Shown here piece by piece: positions 35,381-45,120 of a stretch of DNA of 64,000 nt (position 1 is the stretch's first letter; every line of letters begins with the position of its first letter). The DNA is from Planctomycetota bacterium (GTDB lineage: Bacteria; Planctomycetota; Planctomycetia; Pirellulales; PNKZ01): assembly GCA_018242585.1 (NCBI GenBank), contig JAFEBQ010000031.1:1044-65043 (forward strand). The letters run 5' to 3'. The notes under the pieces are model-generated. The model made no database searches, was not told where the DNA came from, and saw only the letters and a list, made by a program, of their open reading frames with translations. Position numbers and translations under genes: made by a program.

Positions 35381-36164
35381 CTTCGACTTCGACCTTTCCG
35401 CCTTCGAGGCTCTTCATAGATACCTGGTTCTTGGGTCCACTCTTTACGCGCCATGCGGTAAAATGATGCTCCTTGCCTGCGTTCGGGTTGGCAATCAGCT
35501 TGGGAGATAGGTCGTCGGTGGGGCGGTCGTATGTGTAACCGATGACCAATTGTTCGCATTCACGTCGGCAAAGGTCGCCGACCTTGACCAGGCCAGGCGC
35601 ACTCATGTCCGACGGCAGGATGAGCGTTTGGTGGTGGGCGAGTCCTTCCGCAAGATGGAATGGCGTCGGAGCAACGTACATCCGCCTAGCGCGAATCAGG
35701 ATGTCGCCATAGCTGCCGAAGTTCTTGACGCTCTTATTCCGTCGGTGTGGTTCGCGATCGGCGTTCAGGAAATCGCCGTGGCAGATCACCAGGTCAAGAA
35801 CTGGATACGAATCCCCATCCGGCTCCTTCGGATAGCGACCGAAGACGTAGAAAATCGTCCGCCCGTTGTGCTGCCCAGTTGGCAGCTGGCTGTTGCTGTC
35901 GAAGCTCGCTTCGCGCCCAGGATAGGCGAGGCCCTTTACCTCGAACCCGTCAGTATGCGCGACCATCCGAAAGTCGGGATAACTGTTCCGCCCCCCGGTC
36001 TCAATGTGCTCAACGACGGCTCGGAGTCGATCGTGGAACCAGTTTTGAAAGTGAAACTCTTTGTCTGACGAGCTGACTCGCTGGATCATGGCCCCGTCGC
36101 CAATGGCCTTCACGCATTGAATGAACACGCGCACCGGAATGGAGGGCGAGGGACGGCTCGGCAT
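35352..36164 (-). CDS. Candidate PD-(D/E)xK restriction endonuclease
   Basis: 270 aa. NSYPDFRMVAHTDGFEVKGL fits PD...(D/E)-x-K. It has an acidic C-terminal tail (EVEDDESDDDSP). It lies upstream of the methyltransferase gene and overlaps it by 29 nt. G+C is visibly lower than the surroundings. Confidence 0.55.
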   Translation of the reverse strand: MPSRPSPSIPVRVFIQCVKAIGDGAMIQRVSSSDKEFHFQNWFHDRLRAVVEHIETGGRNSYPDFRMVAHTDGFEVKGLAYPGREASFDSNSQLPTGQHNGRTIFYVFGRYPKEPDGDSYPVLDLVICHGDFLNADREPHRRNKSVKNFGSYGDILIRARRMYVAPTPFHLAEGLAHHQTLILPSDMSAPGLVKVGDLCRRECEQLVIGYTYDRPTDDLSPKLIANPNAGKEHHFTAWRVKSGPKNQVSMKSLEGGKVEVEDDESDDDSP

Positions 36165-36490
36165 GCCACGATCTTATGCGAATTTGGGTCGTCCAGCAAC
36201 GATGACAATCACCCGATAGAATGGGCTTGCTTTAACTCTCGATCCGTTTGCAAGAGAGCTATAGAGCAATTTAGCAACAGTCTCGCCCGGCGTGGAGCAA
36301 AGGACCAAGAGGACACTCAGGGGGCGCTAATCGGCTTTCCTTCTCGAAACGCTGCTGAGAATATCTGTTGTCTTGTCCGCCGCTGCTCGCAAGAGAATTG
36401 TTTCTCTTGGTGGACTAATTCTTATGGAACGGCAAGGAAAGAGCGAAGAGGTGAGTGAAGGCCAAGGAGAGGGCTTTGGCTGGCCACGCA

Positions 36491-36534
36491 TTGACCCTCC
36501 CTCAATCCCTCCCTTCCAGGGAGGGACGTTGATC
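36491..36534. repeat. CCCTCCCT-hairpin repeat unit (right flank of the R-M pair, inverted)
   Basis: TTGACCCTCCCTCAATCCCTCCCTTCCAGGGAGGGACGTTGATC, an inverted counterpart of 33124-33167. Confidence 0.8.
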
Positions 36535-36794
36535 GTTCGCCATTCGCCACCGAAAGGCAGTGGTCGCCCTGGAAACGCCACGTTTCTCCCGCCGAAAAAG
36601 TGGTGGCGGACGGCCGGTTGACCGTCTAAAATCGGTCGTTTACGCCGATGCGTCGCGCACGCTCCATCAACTTCGCGCGTGGCCTCGGTTCGCACGCCGT
36701 CCCACCCTGCACATCTGTTCTTCCTCTGGGAGAACGCGGTACTTCACCGGTACCGACGAATTCTCGACGCTATCGTTTCAGGAGCTTGCCTCGC

Positions 36795-37781
36795 GTGGCT
36801 TGTTGTCGCACTTCGATCAGCGGCCTCTCGGTCGCCATGTTGGTCCTCTTGCGGATCACCGTGGGCTGGCACTTTTTCTATGCGGGCATCGACAAGCTGA
36901 CGAGCCCGAACTTCACGGCCACCGGTTTTCTGGGCCAGGCCAAGGGCCCGCTGGCCGAGCAGATTCATGATCTGATTCCCGACTGGGACGGCCGCGAAAA
37001 GTTTGGCGCCCTGGAAGTCAAAGCCGGCGACAAGGCCGAAGACGCCAAACGCCGCACCGAAGCCCGGGAAAAGACGTTCGCCAAGCTGGGCGAGCCGTGG
37101 GGCAACTACGTCAAGCTGTTCCTGTCGCACTACCAGTTGAACAAGGAACAAGAAGCGTCGGCCCAGAAGTTCTTTGAACGTCGCCAGGCGATGCTCCAGG
37201 AATGGGTCGGAGACAATCAACTGGCGATCGAAGATTACTTCCACGAACTGCACCGTCTGGAAGCGGCCCGCAAGCAGCGTGACGCGATGGTCCCCTTTCA
37301 ACAGAAGCGGAACTGGGAAGCCCAGACCAAGCTGCGCGGGCAACTGGCCGGTTGGAACCTGCAACTGGGCCAGTTGGAAACCGATCTGCACTACGATCTG
37401 CGTTCGCTACTGACCGAGGCGCAAGTCAAACGCGGCACCGTGCCCGAGCCGGTCAGCAGCATGTTCACGCAAGACAAGATTGTGATCTACAGCAACCTGG
37501 CGATCGGCATGTGTCTGATGCTGGGGTTGTTCACGCGCCTGGCCGCGTTGGGCGGGGCGCTGTTCCTGTTGCCGGTGGTGCTGGCCCAGCCCGATTGGCC
37601 GGGCCTTTATCCACCACCGCCGCCGTCGGCGGGGCGGACGTTCATCGTGGGGAAAGAGTTTGTCGAGATGATGGTCCTTGCGACCCTGGCGACCTTGCCG
37701 GTCGGCCGTTGGGCGGGCCTTGATTTTCTGGTTTACCATTTGCTTGTGCGGCCGGTCTACCGCCAGAGGAAAGAGTCATGA
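36795..37781 (+). CDS. DoxX-family membrane protein with a long soluble insert
   Basis: MLVLLRITVGWHFFYAGIDKL is a DoxX-type first TM, and C-terminal TMs are also present. I chose the GTG at 36795 with AGGAG about 10 nt upstream; the ATG at 36837 is an alternative. The stop overlaps the next gene's ATG. Confidence 0.6.
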   Translation: MACCRTSISGLSVAMLVLLRITVGWHFFYAGIDKLTSPNFTATGFLGQAKGPLAEQIHDLIPDWDGREKFGALEVKAGDKAEDAKRRTEAREKTFAKLGEPWGNYVKLFLSHYQLNKEQEASAQKFFERRQAMLQEWVGDNQLAIEDYFHELHRLEAARKQRDAMVPFQQKRNWEAQTKLRGQLAGWNLQLGQLETDLHYDLRSLLTEAQVKRGTVPEPVSSMFTQDKIVIYSNLAIGMCLMLGLFTRLAALGGALFLLPVVLAQPDWPGLYPPPPPSAGRTFIVGKEFVEMMVLATLATLPVGRWAGLDFLVYHLLVRPVYRQRKES

Positions 37782-39433
37782 ACCTGAGTCCTGAAGAACG
37801 TGCCATTGGCAAAGGCAACTTCAAAACCGTCATCAACAGCGACCTGACGCGCCGCGAGTTTCTGGCCGGCAGCGCCGCCGCCATCGCCGCCGGCGGCGCC
37901 GGCTTGGGCGCGTACTACTTTGGTTACGCCAAGGTCGACAACCCGGTTCGCGTCGGCTTTATCGGCACGGGTGACGAAGGGAACGTGTTGATCAACAACA
38001 TCACGCCCGACTACATCCAGGTCGTCGCCATCTCGGACATTCGACCTTACAACATCTTCCGCACCTTCTACGGCGATCACAGCAGCCCGAGCGCCGCGGC
38101 CAACCGTTGCGGCCTGATGAAGAAGTACGGCTGGAAGAGCGAGGACGAAGCCCGCAAGCAGGTCAAAGTCTATAACGACTACAAAGAGCTGCTGGCCAAC
38201 CCGGACATCGAAGGGGTGATCATCGCGTTGCCGTTGCACCTGCACGACGTGGTGGCCATTGAGGCCATGCGCGCCGGCAAGCACGTGCTGACCGAAAAGC
38301 TGATGGCCCATAGCATTGGCCAGTGCAAGGACATGGGGCGCGTCTCGAAGCAGACCAAGAAGATTCTGGCCACCGGCCACCAACGACATTACAGCATTCT
38401 GTACGCCAACGCGGTCGACACGATTCAGCGCGGGCTGCTGGGCAGCGTCCATTGCATTCGCGCCCAGTGGCACCGGGGCAACCTGCCGGGCAAAGACAGT
38501 TGGCAGCCGCCGATGCCGGCCGATTTGGTGGCCAAGCTGGCCGCGCTGGATGAAAAGCTGAACAAAGATCCCAGCAACGAAACGCTGCAGAAGCAGTTGC
38601 GGATCATGCAGCAGCAAATCCTGGACAAGGATGTCGACGCCGGCAAGTACGGCTATCAGTCCAAGAAGCTGGCCTCGGGCTACGAGGTGTCGCCGCTCGA
38701 AGAGCTAATTCGCTGGCGGTTGTGGAACCGAACCGGCGGCGGCTTGATGGCCGAGTTGGGCAGCCACCAGTTGGACGCGGCCGGCATCTTCAGCAGCGCC
38801 CAGCGCAAGGACGGCAAAAAAGCCCGACCGCTGGTGGTCGACGCCGTCGGCGTGCGGTCGTTGTTCCCCGAGGACCGTGAAGTGGACGACCACGTTCACT
38901 GCATGTACGAGTTCGAAGGGCCCGACTACGATCCCAAGGACGAAGCCAAGAAACAGAAGAAGATCGTCGTCACCTACTCGTCGATCAACGGCAACGGCTA
39001 CGGCGGGTACGGCGAAGTGGTGATGGCCACCGGCGGCACGCTGATCTTGGAGAACGAACAGGAAGTGATGTTGTTCAAGGACGCCGCCACCTCGACCAGT
39101 GTCGGCGTCGCCAAGAGCAAGGGTGGCGCTGCGGTTCTCGACACCACGGCCAGCGGGCCGCCGACCGCGGCCGCGTCCAAGGCCGTCGCCGAAGGGCCAG
39201 TGAGCCGCGGCTATACCGAGGAGATGGAGCACTGGGCCTGGTGCATTCGCAACTATGACTACGAGCAGAACCAGCCCAAGTGCAAGCCGGCGGTGGCGTT
39301 GGCCGATGCGGTGATTGCGCTGACGACGAACATCGCGATCCGCGAAGGGAAGCGGTACGAGTTCAAGGACTCGTGGTTCGACATCGACAGCGACGAGACC
39401 CCCGACGGCCGCTCACCGTCGATCAAGGTCTAG
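37778..39433 (+). CDS. Gfo/Idh/MocA-family oxidoreductase with a twin-arginine signal
   Basis: LTRREFLAGSAAAIAAG is a TAT motif. VRVGFIGTGDEG is a Rossmann motif. EKLMAHS is the family motif. Confidence 0.85.
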   Translation: MNLSPEERAIGKGNFKTVINSDLTRREFLAGSAAAIAAGGAGLGAYYFGYAKVDNPVRVGFIGTGDEGNVLINNITPDYIQVVAISDIRPYNIFRTFYGDHSSPSAAANRCGLMKKYGWKSEDEARKQVKVYNDYKELLANPDIEGVIIALPLHLHDVVAIEAMRAGKHVLTEKLMAHSIGQCKDMGRVSKQTKKILATGHQRHYSILYANAVDTIQRGLLGSVHCIRAQWHRGNLPGKDSWQPPMPADLVAKLAALDEKLNKDPSNETLQKQLRIMQQQILDKDVDAGKYGYQSKKLASGYEVSPLEELIRWRLWNRTGGGLMAELGSHQLDAAGIFSSAQRKDGKKARPLVVDAVGVRSLFPEDREVDDHVHCMYEFEGPDYDPKDEAKKQKKIVVTYSSINGNGYGGYGEVVMATGGTLILENEQEVMLFKDAATSTSVGVAKSKGGAAVLDTTASGPPTAAASKAVAEGPVSRGYTEEMEHWAWCIRNYDYEQNQPKCKPAVALADAVIALTTNIAIREGKRYEFKDSWFDIDSDETPDGRSPSIKV

Positions 39434-39507
39434 TCGTTGGTCAATTAACCATGTCGGCTAAGCAGATGCGTGGACGCTTTGTTCGGCGCTAGAAATTCGA
39501 GCATCGC

Positions 39508-39735
39508 ATGCCGCGGCCTGAGTTGCCCAGCGTCGGCGCGCCGAACAGTTCGGTGACGCTGAAAGATGACGCTGGCGCGCCGCTCCGGCGGCGCTTCTTC
39601 GGCAGCGACGGTCGGGCGGTCAAGGATATTGACTACGACCACGATCATGGGGCGGGAGTGCCCCACGCGCACGATTGGGACTATACTAAGACTCCGCCGC
39701 GACAGCCCGGCCGACCCGTTAGGCCGGGCGAGTGA
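39508..39735 (+). CDS. Small His-rich hypothetical protein
   Basis: 75 aa containing GRAVKDIDYDHDHGAGVPHAHDW. The stop overlaps the start of the next ORF (GTGA). Confidence 0.45.
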   Translation: MPRPELPSVGAPNSSVTLKDDAGAPLRRRFFGSDGRAVKDIDYDHDHGAGVPHAHDWDYTKTPPRQPGRPVRPGE

Positions 39736-40271
39736 GTGAGTTCACGATGCTGAAGTATAAGACCTTCCTGGCCGGTTCGATGGCCGGTTCAATTCGCGAC
39801 TTTCTCGACGCGCTCCCCGCGCGTCGGACCAGCACCAGGTACGCGCTGATTGCCGCGCTCGACAGCAACCTAGCGCCGGCGACTTTGTTGGAGTCGAGCA
39901 CCGAGTTGCGACGGCTGGGGCGGAAGGTCAAGCCGCTGGGGCAAGGGCTGCTGTTGGCCACCGATCTGCTGGCCGAAGTCCATGAGCAAGTGTTGTTCGG
40001 CTTTGACGAAGTCTGGTTCTTTCCCAGTAGAGACATCAGCGACAAGCCGGCCTCGCCCACAATCGTTGGTCCCGGGCGGATCGAACAAGAAACGCTCAAG
40101 AAGCTGGAGCGGTGGATGACGAAGAACGGCTGCACGCTGGGGCTGGGGGACGGGGACGGCTTGAACTTCATCATCCGCGCGCAAGGGGCCGTGGAAGACT
40201 TGTTGTCATTTACGATTACTCACGCGGCCGAAAATGCTCCGTTGGCGCCCCCGCAACTTGGCGTGGGTTGA
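39732..40271 (+). CDS. Hypothetical protein translationally coupled to the preceding small ORF
   Basis: 179 aa with no recognisable family motif. The GTG at 39732 overlaps the upstream stop; the ATG at 39747 is an alternative start. Confidence 0.5.
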   Translation: MSEFTMLKYKTFLAGSMAGSIRDFLDALPARRTSTRYALIAALDSNLAPATLLESSTELRRLGRKVKPLGQGLLLATDLLAEVHEQVLFGFDEVWFFPSRDISDKPASPTIVGPGRIEQETLKKLERWMTKNGCTLGLGDGDGLNFIIRAQGAVEDLLSFTITHAAENAPLAPPQLGVG

Positions 40272-40313
40272 ACGACCGCACTCATCACGACTCTGATATT
40301 GAGGATGCTTCCC

Positions 40314-41156
40314 ATGAATCAATGGCCGATCGGCGTGTTTGCCAGCATTGACGCTGGCCTGGGCGTACAGTTGGACGTGGCCCGCGAATTGGGCGTGCCG
40401 ACCATTCAGTTGCACGCGCCGTCGCCGGCTTCGCGCACGCCCCAGCACGCCGAGGAGTTTCTCAAGCGGCTGGCCAGTTACGGCATCACCGTGACGGCGG
40501 TGTTTAGCGGCTTTGAAGGGGAAAGTTACGCCGACATTCCCACCGTGGTTCGCACCGTGGGGCTGGTGCCGCCGGGGCCGCGGGCCGAGCGCCTGGCCGA
40601 GTTGAAGGCCAACGCCGACTTTGCCAAGCTGCTGAAGTGCAACGTGATTGGGCTGCACATTGGTTTCGTGCCGCACGACCGGAACGAGCCGTTGTACCAG
40701 GAAGTGATCGCGGTGGCCCGCGAGGCCTGCGATCACTTGAAAAAGAACGGGCAGAGCTTGCATCTCGAAACGGGACAAGAGCCGGCCGACACGCTATTGC
40801 AATTCATCGGCGACGTCCAGCGTGACAATCTGTTCATCAACTTCGACCCGGCCAACATGATCCTGTACGGCTCGGGCGAGCCGATCGAAGCGCTGGAAAA
40901 GGTGGGGCGCTACGTTCGCAGCGTTCACTGCAAGGACGGCCGCTGGGCCAAGAACCCGGGCCAGGAATGGGGTCAGGAAGTCCCGCTGGGCGAAGGCGAT
41001 GTCGGCATCGAGCGCTACCTGCGGACGCTGCAGAAGATCGGCTACACCGGCCCGCTGACCATCGAGCGCGAAATCCCGCAGGAACCCGCGCGGCAAAAGG
41101 CCGAAATCGGCCACGCGGTTCGCTTGCTTACTGAATTGAAGCGGAAAATCCTGTAA
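40314..41156 (+). CDS. Sugar phosphate isomerase/epimerase (xylose isomerase-like TIM barrel)
   Basis: It shows an AP_endonuc_2-type pattern: LHLETGQE, NFDPANMILYG and PLTIEREI. I chose the ATG at 40314 with GAGGA 8 nt upstream. Confidence 0.8.
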   Translation: MNQWPIGVFASIDAGLGVQLDVARELGVPTIQLHAPSPASRTPQHAEEFLKRLASYGITVTAVFSGFEGESYADIPTVVRTVGLVPPGPRAERLAELKANADFAKLLKCNVIGLHIGFVPHDRNEPLYQEVIAVAREACDHLKKNGQSLHLETGQEPADTLLQFIGDVQRDNLFINFDPANMILYGSGEPIEALEKVGRYVRSVHCKDGRWAKNPGQEWGQEVPLGEGDVGIERYLRTLQKIGYTGPLTIEREIPQEPARQKAEIGHAVRLLTELKRKIL

Positions 41157-41303
41157 GATCGCTCGTCGGCTCGCGGCCTGTCGGGCCGACGAGCAGCGTC
41201 CGTTGATTTCCCGCGCGCGAAGTGTCGACGCGCTTGGTTGGACTTTTTCAGCGCGCGAGCCCGCGATGGGTCGCGCCGCCAGCAACAGACAAGGATTCGC
41301 TTC

Positions 41304-41621
41304 ATGCCCAAGATCACGTTCAGCGTTCCGCACGAGATGTCTGCCACCGAGGCCCGCGAGCGCGTCGAGACGTTTCTGCCCCGCGTCGAAGAGCAGTACA
41401 AGGACATGATCAAGGACATGTCGCGGCAGTGGAACGGCGACGTGCTGGAATACTCGTTCAAGACGCTGGGCTTTGTCTTCAAAGGGACGATCGCGCTCGA
41501 AGAGAAGCAGGTCACGGTGAACATGGACGTGCCGCTGGCGGCCATGATGGTCAAGGGGCGCATCGAGCAGGAGTTCAAGGCCGGCCTTGAACGCTTGCTG
41601 CTTGGGAAGAAGAGGGGTTAG
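41304..41621 (+). CDS. Putative polyhydroxyalkanoate-system protein (PHA_gran_rgn-like)
   Basis: 105 aa starting MPKITFSVPHEMSATEARERVE, which resembles the TIGR02610-type small protein family. This is from memory. Confidence 0.5.
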   Translation: MPKITFSVPHEMSATEARERVETFLPRVEEQYKDMIKDMSRQWNGDVLEYSFKTLGFVFKGTIALEEKQVTVNMDVPLAAMMVKGRIEQEFKAGLERLLLGKKRG

Positions 41622-41690
41622 GGGCTAGGGAAGGCGCGACTTGCCGCTTCTCCCGCTTAGCCGCAACTCCATAGGAGTGCGCCCGCGCTT

Positions 41691-42689
41691 TCAACGCGCC
41701 GCCGGCGCGTGAATCGTGATCGTCTTTCCCTCGCGTTGTGCCGCTAGTTTCAGCGGGACGAGCAGTTCTCGGAACAACTCGTCGGCGGTCGCGCGCTTGA
41801 CGCTCAGCGAGACGAGCTGATCGAGCTTCACGCCAGCGGCCGTGCAGGAGGCCCGGTCGATTTCGACGGTCAGTTCCATCCGCTTCCCCAGGGTCATTAG
41901 CAGTGGCTCCAGCGGCACCTGCTCGACGGCCAGCGTGAACCGCTCTTCACCTCCTGGGGCGATGGCAGGAGGCTTGCCCGTGGGGGCTTTCGGCGTCAGC
42001 GCGATCCCCGATCCTGATTTCGACGATGGCCCGGTGCTTCCGCTGCCGGCTAATTGATCGCCGATTGGTATCAGTCGGAGCGAGCGTCCTTCATCCTCGA
42101 ACGCCCAAGTCAGATCGAATTGATTGAGCGTCACGGTCAAACGCTCGACGGCAGATGAACCAGGCCAGGTAGCGCCGGCCCAGAGATCGTGTGGAATCAG
42201 CTCGGGATTGCGCGGCGTGGCTCCGGCGCCCTCGGCGATGGCGTCGGCCAATGCGCGTGGCAGCGTTAGATCGGAATAACTCCAGCGGCTGGTCGTTAGC
42301 CAGCCCTTGCGCGCGACCAAGGGCAACTTTTGCACGTCGGCCTTGCGCTGGGCTACGAGCGTTGACAACCGCTCGGTCTTGGCCGGCGGGCCAATGTAAA
42401 CAAGCGTGCCGAGCTTCACCGCTTGCAAGCCTCGGCTGCCGGCGGCGCGTGCGAACACTTCGTCAACGGTTAGGGAAGGCAACGCCACATCAAGCGGCTG
42501 GCCCGGGTCGACGCGGCGGTCAATGATCAGGCCGCGCCCGTAGCGCTCGGCCAGATCACTTACCGCGGCGCGCAAAGGGACACCGGACCAGCGAGCCTCG
42601 AGCGTCGGTTCCGCCGCCGGGGGCGCGGCCAGCAACGACGTCGCCAGCGCCGACAACAAGCAAACCAGCAGCAGTCGCCGCCAATTCAA
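41691..42689 (-). CDS. Secreted protein with two STN-like (secretin/TonB N-terminal-like) modules
   Basis: I chose the TTG at 42687-42689, preceded by GGAGA. That start gives the signal peptide MNWRRLLLVCLLSALATSLLAAPPA. Two repeated modules resemble VPLRAAVSDLAERYG...IIDRRV. Confidence 0.45.
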   Translation of the reverse strand: MNWRRLLLVCLLSALATSLLAAPPAAEPTLEARWSGVPLRAAVSDLAERYGRGLIIDRRVDPGQPLDVALPSLTVDEVFARAAGSRGLQAVKLGTLVYIGPPAKTERLSTLVAQRKADVQKLPLVARKGWLTTSRWSYSDLTLPRALADAIAEGAGATPRNPELIPHDLWAGATWPGSSAVERLTVTLNQFDLTWAFEDEGRSLRLIPIGDQLAGSGSTGPSSKSGSGIALTPKAPTGKPPAIAPGGEERFTLAVEQVPLEPLLMTLGKRMELTVEIDRASCTAAGVKLDQLVSLSVKRATADELFRELLVPLKLAAQREGKTITIHAPAAR

Positions 42690-43031
42690 GAGACATCTCC
42701 GAACGATTGATGAAGGCCTCGGCCAGGTGGCCCCGCAGGCTGTGTCCGCCGGTGCGCGACTTGCATTATAACCCGGCGGCGCCGTGGCGCTCCCCGGCGA
42801 AATCGCCGGCGTGGCTGCAAATCGGCCGGCAATTCCCGGCGAAAAACCGGTGGTCCGGTTGTAACGATCGTTCGGTCGACCGTTCATGAGAATCTGCGCG
42901 CACCGACTCTGGCAAGTCGAACCGCGCGGATTAGGCTGAGACCTAAGTGACCAGCGCGAGGCGTGGCCAAGGGCTCGTTTCGCGAGGCACAGGGGCCTTG
43001 GTTTCGGCTGGCTTTTTGGCGGGATTAGACT

Positions 43032-43694
43032 GTGAGTGAACCGATCTTTCGCGTCGCCCTGCTCGAACGCATCTATCATGGCTACCTGGTCGACCAGGAT
43101 GCCACGTCGTTCATGCGCCAGGTCTCGGCCAAGTACGTTCCGGCGACGCTCGAACGGCTGTTGCAGTTCGGCCCGCGGCTGACCCGTCGCGCCGCGGCCT
43201 TGGCGATCGGATTGTTAGGAGATTATCGCTCCAATGCCCCCTTGGGCCAGGCCTTGCACGACGAAGATCGGGGCGTGCGGACCCTGGCCGAAAACAGCTT
43301 GCGCACCGTCTGGTGCCGCGATGGCAGCGAATCACAGCGCGGCCTGCTCGAGCAGGTCATCCGGCTGAACTCGGCCCAGAACTATCGCGACGCGAACCAG
43401 CGCGCCACCGAGTTGATCGATCAATGCGCCAGCTTTGCCGAAGCCTGGAATCAACGGGCGATTTCCCACTATGGCCAAGCCCGATACGTCGAAAGCATTC
43501 ACGATTGTCGCCAGGCTGCCGAGCTAAACCCGTTTCACTTCGGGGCGGTGGCCGGCCTGGGGCAGTGCTATCTACAACTGGGAAACCAGCTCTGGGCGTT
43601 GGAAAGCTTTCGCCGGGCGCTGGAATTGAACCCGGATTTGGAAGGGATTCGCGCCCAGGTCAACGCCCTGGAACGCCGGCTGAAGCAGAACTAG
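43032..43694 (+). CDS. HEAT/TPR repeat protein
   Basis: It has a HEAT-like segment (AAALAIGLLGDYRSNAPLGQALHDEDRGVR) followed by TPR-like repeats (AEAWNQRAISHYGQARYVESIHDCRQAAELNP ...). Confidence 0.65.
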   Translation: MSEPIFRVALLERIYHGYLVDQDATSFMRQVSAKYVPATLERLLQFGPRLTRRAAALAIGLLGDYRSNAPLGQALHDEDRGVRTLAENSLRTVWCRDGSESQRGLLEQVIRLNSAQNYRDANQRATELIDQCASFAEAWNQRAISHYGQARYVESIHDCRQAAELNPFHFGAVAGLGQCYLQLGNQLWALESFRRALELNPDLEGIRAQVNALERRLKQN

Positions 43695-43968
43695 CCCGGT
43701 TGGTCGCAAAGCCAAGCGGTACAGGGGAGTAGCCTTCATCCCAGCTCATTTTTTGCTGGCCCCGTCGCGCGCAATTGCTATCATAAACTAGCGCGGACCA
43801 AGCGCCGGTGGGTTCGCGCGCCGGCTTCGTTCTGGTGTCCACGGCGCATGCCTCATCGGCTTGTCGCTGGTCTCGTTCCACGGCGCTACGGCATCGATGG
43901 CGCGGCGGTGCGTCGGACGAATGCATGGCAGGCGGCGGCAGCTTCCTTTTGTTCAAGGCGATCGTTCC

Positions 43969-45120
43969 ATGACTACTCACCATCGCGCCAGTTTCCCTCA
44001 CGCCATTCGCAACCGCGCGGGCTATACGCTGATCGAAGTCATGGTCGTGATGGCGATCATCGCCACGATCTCCAGCCTGGGCGCCTGGGGCGCCAATCGC
44101 GCCTATAACTCGATGGTTCAGAGGGGAGTAATCGTCGAGTTGGAGGGCATTAGCCAGAGTCTCGAGAAGTACCGAACCGAGAACAAACTCTATCCGCCCT
44201 GCATGGGCGCCAATCCCGACGCCACGATTACCGGGGCCGCGTTGCAAATGGGGCTGAAGGGGCGCGAGACGATGTTCGATTTGCACATTCGCTCGCGTTG
44301 GACTCGCGCCACGCAGATCAACTACAACACGCTGCAGCAATACCTGACGATCGGCGCGGCGCCGTACAACTATAACTACAAGTCCCCGTCGGGGGGCACG
44401 GCCAAGCTGAACTTGAACACCATGGACCAGGCCGAGGCGCTGGTCTTCTGGCTGGGAGGCTTTCCCTCGCCGGTCGATGCGTCGGGTGTCCCTTATTCGT
44501 CAAACCGACTCATCGGGTTCCACCGAGATGATAGAAATCCGTTCCGGCTCAACGTCAAGCCGGCGACGCCGTCGGCCCTGGTCGAAAATCGGTCTCCCGC
44601 CGGAGAGTACTTCTTGTTTGATCAGACTCGATTGCAGGACGTTGACGGGGACGGCTGGCTCGAGTATCGCCCCGCGATGACTCAGGGAGACGGCACGGCC
44701 GCCGCGCCGCCGATCGTGTACTTTGACTCGGGCACTTATTCGACCACCCGCTCGCAGTCGGGCCTGGTGACGTTCACTTCCTATCCGCCCCTGGGCAATC
44801 AGCACCCTTTCTCGCCGGCGCTGGGTGGGTTGGCGGCCCAATGGGGCATTGCCATGCCCTATGCCGTCGAAGTGGAATCGAACGGGGCCATCATTTGGCA
44901 ACGGAGCCAGTCGTACCAGTTGATCGCCGCCGGATTTGACGGCTGTTACAGCAAGCCAGCCGCCAGCAAGCTCTATATTCCGGAATTTCCCTCCGGCGAA
45001 CAATTCAACTCGGCAGGCAGCGGTGGTTTTACGCAGCAAGGATTCGTTGACGCCGAAGGGGAAGACAACCTGACGAGTTTTGTTCCGTCCAAGCTGGGCG
45101 ACAGCTTCATCAATCGGTAA
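43969..45120 (+). CDS. Prepilin-type N-terminal cleavage/methylation domain protein (pseudopilin-like)
   Basis: GYTLIEVMVVMAIIATISSLG is a class III signal motif. A long C-terminal domain shares MDQAEALVFWLGGFP and DGWLEY with the next gene. I chose the ATG at 43969. Confidence 0.8.
   Translation: MTTHHRASFPHAIRNRAGYTLIEVMVVMAIIATISSLGAWGANRAYNSMVQRGVIVELEGISQSLEKYRTENKLYPPCMGANPDATITGAALQMGLKGRETMFDLHIRSRWTRATQINYNTLQQYLTIGAAPYNYNYKSPSGGTAKLNLNTMDQAEALVFWLGGFPSPVDASGVPYSSNRLIGFHRDDRNPFRLNVKPATPSALVENRSPAGEYFLFDQTRLQDVDGDGWLEYRPAMTQGDGTAAAPPIVYFDSGTYSTTRSQSGLVTFTSYPPLGNQHPFSPALGGLAAQWGIAMPYAVEVESNGAIIWQRSQSYQLIAAGFDGCYSKPAASKLYIPEFPSGEQFNSAGSGGFTQQGFVDAEGEDNLTSFVPSKLGDSFINR

Noticed and set aside
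36117-36458. A 113-aa plus-strand ORF upstream of the candidate nuclease, considered as a possible controller protein.
   Set aside because: It has no helix-turn-helix-like segment. It overlaps the 5' end of the nuclease gene in antisense, is Cys/Ser/Asn-rich, and is oriented away from the R-M genes.
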